DNA of 42,145 nucleotides from Candidatus Saccharimonadia bacterium (GTDB lineage Bacteria; Patescibacteriota; Saccharimonadia; Saccharimonadales; DATKHC01): NCBI GenBank assembly GCA_035510315.1, contig DATKHH010000003.1, positions 1 to 42,145 of the forward strand, read 5' to 3'. Shown piece by piece: positions 36,300 to 42,145 of this stretch (position 1 is its first letter; each line of letters starts with the position of its first letter). The notes under the pieces were generated by a model. It saw only the letters and a program-made list of their open reading frames with translations, ran no database searches and was not told where the DNA came from. The position numbers and the translations under genes were made by a program.

Positions 36300-36486
36300 T
36301 GGATTATAACAGATTATGACCGGTTAAGATAGTGACCTTTATTGTAAATAGACCCCTATAGCTTATTTTGTCATGTCTTGCATCGTAGCGGCTCTGTCAT
36401 CTCAGCATATACACCGTTACCATTGGTGAATATGGTGATTGCAAAACTTTGGTGGTTATTAGTTATATATGCTTAAATGAAGTGCA

Positions 36487-37461
36487 ATGGATTTAACAAA
36501 TATTGATAAAAAAGATCAAGTAGAACCTGAAACAAAAACAAAGCACCATTTAGATCATAAACCTCGAAGATTTTTTAGTTTTGTTTTTGGCGTTATAAGC
36601 TTGGTTTTAATTACTTTACTAATAATAACTGTTTGGCTAAATCGGACATTAATCAATCAGGATAACTATATCAAAGCTATGTCTTCTGTAGTTAGCCAGC
36701 CTGCTGTCCAAAACTTTATTTCTACTAAAGTTGCTAATCAAATCTTAGATCATAATCAGGCGTCTCAGATAGTCACAAAACTGCTCCCGTCTAGCATATA
36801 TGCTGGACATACTAACAGTTACATAGAAGGTTTACTCAACCCAATAGTTTATGACAGTGTGAGCAAAGTTGTATCTTCTAGCCAATTTCTGTTTTTATGG
36901 GTAAATACAAACAGAGCTGTTCACCAAACGCTGATTAGCCAATTAAATGGACAGACGTCTCAAATAAAACTTGGGTTTCATTCTGCTATTACAGGTGTAA
37001 TCAGTCAGTTAAAATCAACTCAATTATCTCCAGTAGTTAGTCAAATTAACATTTCAAAGAGCATTGGTGATGTTAGCCTAAATAAAGCTTCAACTTCGAG
37101 GCTTAGACATTTCTATAAGCTGTTCCAGGTAGGAACACTTGGGCTTATACTGGCAACTGCTGTATCAGTTTTACTAACGGTTTTTATTGCGCCTCATTGG
37201 CTTTTGCCCATAAAAAGACTGCTACTTGGTTTAATTATCATCTGTGTTATTTTATTTGGTGTTATTGAGTTTATTCCAGGATTGGCAATTAATATGTCAG
37301 ATACAACACAAAGGAATGCCATTTTGGCTATTGTTTCTACGCTACTTCGCAGTTTGAAGATAAGCTTGATAGTGGTAGCGGTCCTGGCACTACTCTGTCT
37401 ACTGTGGCCAATTGTTTATGCAAGGTTTAATAAGAACAAATCACTAAAGAATGTAAATTAA
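36487..37461 (+). CDS. Membrane protein, 324 aa, function unknown
   Basis: N-terminal TM segment, a Q/S-rich ectodomain and three C-terminal TM segments. Confidence 0.65.
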   Translation: MDLTNIDKKDQVEPETKTKHHLDHKPRRFFSFVFGVISLVLITLLIITVWLNRTLINQDNYIKAMSSVVSQPAVQNFISTKVANQILDHNQASQIVTKLLPSSIYAGHTNSYIEGLLNPIVYDSVSKVVSSSQFLFLWVNTNRAVHQTLISQLNGQTSQIKLGFHSAITGVISQLKSTQLSPVVSQINISKSIGDVSLNKASTSRLRHFYKLFQVGTLGLILATAVSVLLTVFIAPHWLLPIKRLLLGLIIICVILFGVIEFIPGLAINMSDTTQRNAILAIVSTLLRSLKISLIVVAVLALLCLLWPIVYARFNKNKSLKNVN

Positions 37462-37511
37462 AAACTGCCCCTTTAAAAAGGAGACAGTTCTATTAGATTT
37501 AGTTTTGATAT

Positions 37512-37901
37512 TTATCCGTCTAACTCGTCACCATGTACAAATAGTGCATAAATAACTACTACGTCCATAGCAATTATTAAGCAAGACCAGATTGGATAGT
37601 AGGGTATAAATGCCATGTATGTTATTGCACTAAGTAGCGCAAATACTACACCAACCATGCGTCCCCACATTTTTCCAGACAAAACAGCAAAACCTGCAAG
37701 CAGAACGAATACGCTTAGAACTAAATGAATCCAGCCCCAAGTTGGTACGGACGCATTGAATAAAGTATTTGGTACTACTGCGTAGAAACTTGAACGTACA
37801 ATTGCAGTTAAACCTTCAAATATTCCAGAAACCCCAGCTAGAATCATTACGAATCCGGCGAAGCCTATCCAGCCGGTAACTTCCTTTTGTGATTTTGCCA
37901 T
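37512..37901 (-). CDS. Small four-TM membrane protein (HdeD/DUF308-like)
   Basis: Four hydrophobic helices with a W/G-rich pattern (GWIGFAGFVMILAG..., WGWIHLVLSVFVLLAG...). The family name is not verified. Confidence 0.6.
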   Translation of the reverse strand: MAKSQKEVTGWIGFAGFVMILAGVSGIFEGLTAIVRSSFYAVVPNTLFNASVPTWGWIHLVLSVFVLLAGFAVLSGKMWGRMVGVVFALLSAITYMAFIPYYPIWSCLIIAMDVVVIYALFVHGDELDG

Positions 37902-37992
37902 AACACCCTTACTCCTTTAATTTAATATTTTCATTATAGCACCTAATGCAAGGTAAGCGTTTTGAAATGCTTAAGCAAACTGTATATTAGGA

Positions 37993-38397
37993 TTAATTCT
38001 TTAAATAAGTTTTTAGATTTTTAATAGCTGTTTTGGCACTTGCCATAGTTTTTTGCAGGTCTTTATTATTTGTCTGACCTTTTCTTAGAGCACTTAGTAT
38101 TTCTTTAACTTGAATTTTAGTTAGTCGTGCTCTGTCAGTGGCTTTTGATAAATTACCCTTAAGGGACAATCCACCTTTTTTAATTTTATCTTCAGCAGTC
38201 TTGATTATTTCTGAAAGATCACTATAGAGTTTACCAATTTTTTCTTCGCTAGAATCTATGGATTTTTCAGTATAGTCTTTTATGTCTCCTCTTGTTTGTT
38301 TACCAGACTGCTTTGCAGTTAATATGCCCGCAAGATAGCCAATGCCTAACCCCGTTAATATACTAATGAAAATGTTTTTACTATTTCGTCTTAACAT
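37993..38397 (-). CDS. YtxH-domain (general stress) protein
   Basis: N-terminal GLGIGYLAGILTAKQSGKQTRGDIKD matches the YtxH pattern. The rest is K/E-rich and looks helix-prone. Confidence 0.7.
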   Translation of the reverse strand: MLRRNSKNIFISILTGLGIGYLAGILTAKQSGKQTRGDIKDYTEKSIDSSEEKIGKLYSDLSEIIKTAEDKIKKGGLSLKGNLSKATDRARLTKIQVKEILSALRKGQTNNKDLQKTMASAKTAIKNLKTYLKN

Positions 38398-38398
38398 G

Positions 38399-38647
38399 CT
38401 ATTTTTTATTCCTTTTAGCTTTGTCTACTAAAAATTTATATAAAGATACGAATGGTGCTGATTTTCCAAAAAAATCGGACATAGCGGAAGCTTTATTCGT
38501 AACATTCTCAACCTTATCTATTATACGTTTAATTGTTTGCTGGATTTTTATTAAGTACACTAATGCCACAATTCCAAGAATAAAGATTATAGCTAAAAAT
38601 GCACTGAGAAAAATAAGTAACGATTGTTCGGCTGTAGTTAAACCCAT
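38399..38647 (-). CDS. Small single-TM protein (DUF948-like) coupled to the YtxH gene
   Basis: A 1-nt gap separates it from the downstream YtxH gene. It has an N-terminal TM segment and a helix-prone tail. The overlapping plus-strand ORF 38421..38723 was rejected. Confidence 0.6.
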   Translation of the reverse strand: MGLTTAEQSLLIFLSAFLAIIFILGIVALVYLIKIQQTIKRIIDKVENVTNKASAMSDFFGKSAPFVSLYKFLVDKAKRNKK

Positions 38648-38726
38648 AATCTTAAATTATAAACTAAATTATCGAATTGTTCAACCTGTTGTATTTGTGT
38701 TGCGGCTTTGGTTACAATATTAAAAG

Positions 38727-39212
38727 ATGGATTATGAGATTATAAATAGCCCAATTGGGAAATTGATGTTGATTTCAAAAGGCGATAAGCTAAGCAGTTT
38801 GCATTTTTCCAACCACCCGTTTTTTAAGAAACTTCCATCTAACTTCGTACCAAATAAAGCTAGCTCAACACTTAAACAAACTCGGATACAAATTGAAGAA
38901 TATTTTAAAGGCAAAAGAAAAGTTTTTGAATTTAAAACAGACTTTGAAGGAACTGATTTCCAAAAAAAGGTTTGGGAATCTTTGAGTACAATACCTCATG
39001 GTCAGACTGTGTCGTATGCTGTGCTTGCATCTCGGATAGGTAAACCTAAGGCTGTTCGTGCTGTTGGATCGGCAGTTGGTAAAAACCCGATCGCTATCAT
39101 TGTGCCCTGTCACCGAGTGATTAAAAGTGACGGTAAAATCGGCGGCTTTTCTGGTGGAATAGATAAAAAAGTATATCTTTTAGATATAGAGTCTCTAAAA
39201 CAGAAGATGTAA
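38727..39212 (+). CDS. ogt: Methylated-DNA--protein-cysteine methyltransferase
   Basis: Active site IVPCHRVI, plus T.FQ..VW..L..IP.G.T.SY. TACAAT at 38713-38718 lies 8 nt upstream of the ATG. Confidence 0.9.
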   Translation: MDYEIINSPIGKLMLISKGDKLSSLHFSNHPFFKKLPSNFVPNKASSTLKQTRIQIEEYFKGKRKVFEFKTDFEGTDFQKKVWESLSTIPHGQTVSYAVLASRIGKPKAVRAVGSAVGKNPIAIIVPCHRVIKSDGKIGGFSGGIDKKVYLLDIESLKQKM

Positions 39213-39238
39213 ATTTACAAGGCTAACTTGTTAATTTA
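39210..39238. terminator. AT-rich hairpin spanning both stop codons of the convergent ogt and ino1 genes; weak candidate bidirectional terminator
   Basis: taaatttacaag (39210-39221) pairs with cttgttaattta (39227-39238): 12 bp with one T-T mismatch and a 5-nt loop. Confidence 0.3.
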
Positions 39239-40329
39239 CGTTTAGCTAGAGCTTCACAAGCTGCTTTAGCGTCTGCATATGTCATTTGCAGTGGTGGTGT
39301 TTTTTGGGTCCATGCACTTGGGCCTCTCAGTGCTCCAACGACACCTAGCTCTTTGGCAACCTGTAAATATCTAATAGCATCAATAACTACACCTGCGCTA
39401 TTTTCTGAATCTTGAACTGATAATTTAATATCAATATCTACTGGTGCATTTCCAAAACCTCTTAGTCTTAGATTAAAATATGCTACCTTGTTATCTTTTA
39501 AGTAAGGCAAATAAGTGCTTGGCCCTGCAAAAAGACTATCTTGTGGTACGGGTATTCCGCGCAGATCGTTTTGGGCTCTAATAACGTTTTCTTTAGATTT
39601 CTTTTTTGAAACTAATCTAGAATGGACCATCATATTATTAAAATCAGTGTTACCACCAATATTTAGTTGTTGGTGAAAATCTACAACAAAACCCCTATCG
39701 AAAGCTAATTCTTGTAGAACTTGAGACAAAATACTAGCTCCAAATGCACTCCTCATATCATCACCAACGAGGGGTACTCCAGCATCAATAAATTTTTTCT
39801 CCCAGGTTGGATTACTAGCAATAAATACTGGTATGCAATTTAAAAAGGCAACTTTGGCATCTATAGCTGCTTGAGCATAGTATTCGGTTGCTTGCTGTGA
39901 ACCAACTGGTAAATAATTAACTAATATATCTGCCTTTGTTTCTTTTAGAACCTTGACGATATCTACTGGTTTAGAATCTGAGATTCTGAAAGATTGATCT
40001 TCGTCTTGTTCCAACATATAGTCAGATACACCATCCAAGACTGGACCCATCTTAACGATTGGGCCTTTTGGTACGTCTGGCATAAAAATTCTGGCGCAAT
40101 TTGGTTTTGCAAAAATTGCATCGGATAATAATTTACCAACCTTTCGCTTATCTACATCGAAAGCTGCAACTACCTCAATATCAGTTACTCTATAGCCGCC
40201 AATGTCTCTAAACATTAAGCCAGGAACATTCTCGTTTGAGTTCTTTTTATAATATGAAAAACCTTGATAGAGTGCTGAAAAACAATTTCCAACACCCACA
40301 ACAGCTATTTTAATTTTTTTTGAAGCCAT
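39223..40329 (-). CDS. ino1: Inositol-3-phosphate (myo-inositol-1-phosphate) synthase, short bacterial type
   Basis: IAVVGVGNC.S.L.QG, VPGLM, VAAFDVD..KVG..LSDAIFA, YLPVGS, FLN..PVFIAS.P.W..KF...GVP.VGDD and NIGGN.DF. These closely follow the mycobacterial Ino1 sequence as I remember it (about 367 aa versus 368 aa here). Confidence 0.85.
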   Translation of the reverse strand: MASKKIKIAVVGVGNCFSALYQGFSYYKKNSNENVPGLMFRDIGGYRVTDIEVVAAFDVDKRKVGKLLSDAIFAKPNCARIFMPDVPKGPIVKMGPVLDGVSDYMLEQDEDQSFRISDSKPVDIVKVLKETKADILVNYLPVGSQQATEYYAQAAIDAKVAFLNCIPVFIASNPTWEKKFIDAGVPLVGDDMRSAFGASILSQVLQELAFDRGFVVDFHQQLNIGGNTDFNNMMVHSRLVSKKKSKENVIRAQNDLRGIPVPQDSLFAGPSTYLPYLKDNKVAYFNLRLRGFGNAPVDIDIKLSVQDSENSAGVVIDAIRYLQVAKELGVVGALRGPSAWTQKTPPLQMTYADAKAACEALAKRKLTS

Positions 40330-40401
40330 AAGTTATTTATAAAAAGTGTTCTTTAAAAAATATTATATCAAATATATGTAACTCAAAGTATGTTTAAATT
40401 T

Positions 40402-41601
40402 TTAGTGTTTCTCTACAAATGTAAGAGCATAACCTCTACGACCAGCTCTGCCAGTACGACCAATACGGTGTACATAATCACTATATGACTGAGGAACCGA
40501 GTAATTTACTATGTGAGTGATATCGATAACGTCAATCCCTCTAGCAGCAACATCAGTTGCAACTAAGATGCTTATATTATTATCCTTAAATTTCTTTAAG
40601 GCTCTTTGTCTTTGTGATTGCGATTTGCCACCATGTATAGCATCTGTATTAAAACCCCTAAGTTGCAGTTCTTTGCATAGTTTCTCGACACTTCTATGGG
40701 TATCGTCAAATATTAAGGTTTTTTCAACGTCTTGTTTTATGAGTAAATCATGTAGTTTATCGATTTTCTCACCATGTGCTCTATAAGTAATGACATTTTG
40801 ATCTACATTATCACTGGTATCACCAGTTTTCATTAAAATATATTCTGGTTCGTATGAGAACTTATTAATGATTGTTTTGACTTTTTCATCTAACGTAGCA
40901 GAGAAGAAAAATGACTGTCTCTTAGGTGATGTTTTTTCAAGAATGAATTGGATATCATTGATAAATCCCATGTCTAGCATTCTATCGACTTCGTCTAGGA
41001 CAACCACGTTACAATTTTCTAACTTCAGAGTACCTTGTTCGAAATGATCTTTAATACGACCAGGTGTGCCTATAACAATGTTTGGTCTGGCTCTTAAATC
41101 TTTTAACTGAGGCCCCATCGCAACTCCACCGATTAAGAGAGCACCCATAAGCCCGCTATTTTTTGCAATACTTCGTACTTGGTCTTCTATTTGATCTGCA
41201 AGCTCTCTAGTAGGTGCCATTATTAAAGCCATTGATGTTTTGTCAGATATAAGTTTTTGGATAATTGGAATTGCGAAAGCTGCTGTTTTACCAGTTCCGG
41301 TATCTGCGATACCAACCACGTCTTTTCCGACAATACCAATAGGGATTGTTTGGTCTTGAATTGGTGTTGGGGTTACATAACTTTTATCATCTAGATTTTT
41401 CTGAATCAACGGATGTAATCCGAAGTCAGCAAAGGCATGTTTAATTGGAGCTTCGACTACGCTAGATGATTTGGCGCTTTTAACAAACCGCGATGGATCT
41501 ATGTAGTCTTTTTTGAATCTACGACCACTGCTCGGACGAGAGTGATATGATTTTTGTTTGTAAGCAGAACCACTTGCTCTGCTTCTATATGAATAGGGCA
41601 T
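40402..41601 (-). CDS. DEAD-box ATP-dependent RNA helicase with an R/S/K-rich N-terminal extension
   Basis: Q-motif region, motif I TGTGKTAAF, Ia PTRELA, II DEVD, III SAT and VI HRIGRTGRAG. Confidence 0.95.
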   Translation of the reverse strand: MPYSYRSRASGSAYKQKSYHSRPSSGRRFKKDYIDPSRFVKSAKSSSVVEAPIKHAFADFGLHPLIQKNLDDKSYVTPTPIQDQTIPIGIVGKDVVGIADTGTGKTAAFAIPIIQKLISDKTSMALIMAPTRELADQIEDQVRSIAKNSGLMGALLIGGVAMGPQLKDLRARPNIVIGTPGRIKDHFEQGTLKLENCNVVVLDEVDRMLDMGFINDIQFILEKTSPKRQSFFFSATLDEKVKTIINKFSYEPEYILMKTGDTSDNVDQNVITYRAHGEKIDKLHDLLIKQDVEKTLIFDDTHRSVEKLCKELQLRGFNTDAIHGGKSQSQRQRALKKFKDNNISILVATDVAARGIDVIDITHIVNYSVPQSYSDYVHRIGRTGRAGRRGYALTFVEKH

Positions 41602-41729
41602 AAAAAAAGAATCCTTATTATTTAGTAATTATTGATTGTCGAAATGAAACGAGTCAATAAGTACTATGCACCGGATTCATTAAAACAATAACTATATATT
41701 AGCATAATTATTATTAGAATGCAAAAAGA

Positions 41730-42145
41730 TTATTTCACTTCTCTACAGTCTTTACAATAACCTTGTGCTTCGACTTGGTGGCTTTGGACATCAAAACTGT
41801 GTTTATTTGCTATTTGGCTTATGTATAACTCTATATTCCCATCGTTAATGTCTATTATTTCCCTACATTTTATACAAATTAAATGATGATGGTGATCTAC
41901 GAATTTATCAGAAAGCTCTATTTTATATTTCCATCCCACGTTAACTCTTTGTATTATGCCAATTTTTTCAAACGTCCCTACAGTTCTGTAGACACTAACT
42001 CGGTCTATTTTATTTGCTAGTTTGTCTATTAACTCTTTTATGGAGACCGGTGCTTTAGTCATAAGTGTTTCGAAAACCAATAGACGTTGATTTGTAATAT
42101 TATAACCGTGCTCTTTTAGTAGATTTTCTAAACTATCTTTAGATA
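41730..42145 (-). CDS. fur: Fur-family metalloregulator, 5'-partial at the window edge
   Basis: C-terminal HHHHLIC..C and C..C metal sites. The frame stays open upstream of the TTG at 42080 and reads ...LLKEHGYNITNQRLLVFETL, a typical Fur N-terminal wHTH. The gene therefore runs off the window. Confidence 0.8.
   Translation of the reverse strand, partial: SKDSLENLLKEHGYNITNQRLLVFETLMTKAPVSIKELIDKLANKIDRVSVYRTVGTFEKIGIIQRVNVGWKYKIELSDKFVDHHHHLICIKCREIIDINDGNIELYISQIANKHSFDVQSHQVEAQGYCKDCREVK

Noticed and set aside
38421-39113. ORFs 38421..38723 (+), 38732..38914 (-) and 38865..39113 (-)
   Set aside because: They overlap the better-supported DUF948-like gene and ogt (PCHRV active site). They have no motifs.
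41602-41729. AT-rich inverted repeat ttattga...tcaataa between fur and the DEAD-box helicase gene, considered as a Fur box
   Set aside because: It has only 7-bp arms in very AT-rich DNA and a weak match to the GATAATGATAATCATTATC consensus. It cannot be told apart from chance by eye.

Overview
AT-rich, tightly packed bacterial chromosome segment using the standard genetic code (TGA acts as a stop). From about 8.5 kb to 42 kb the content is mostly housekeeping. It includes lemA-htpX, ligA, tRNA-Ala(GGC), a peptidoglycan block (hydrolase, Mur ligase, ddl), leuS, rpmF, nusB-Nudix-rnc and rpsP-KH-trmD. It also holds an oxygen-handling block (sodN-sodX, ndh, an FAD oxidase, cydAB, trhO), a MacB-type ABC transporter, a UmuC-like Y-family polymerase, ogt, an actinobacterial-type ino1, a DEAD-box helicase and fur. 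Short genes, many S/T-rich membrane-anchored orphans and leaderless-type promoters suggest a reduced-genome Patescibacteria/Saccharibacteria-like organism; this is inference only. The left 8.4 kb looks different and is my best candidate for an undescribed system. It carries a >1446-aa protein with six exact-period 68-aa HTH-like repeats fused to an SNF2 helicase and a class I SAM methyltransferase. Next to it lie two orphans, a membrane protein and a 207-aa protein with a HEPN-like RDKLIAH motif. An XRE regulator is encoded antisense between minus-strand genes. There is also a translationally coupled pair: a single-HKD PLD nuclease plus a small acidic protein. A second notable observation is a complete Nudix domain inserted into LeuRS. 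I saw no rRNA, CRISPR array, integrase or transposase. All calls come from reading motifs by eye; no searches or computations were run.
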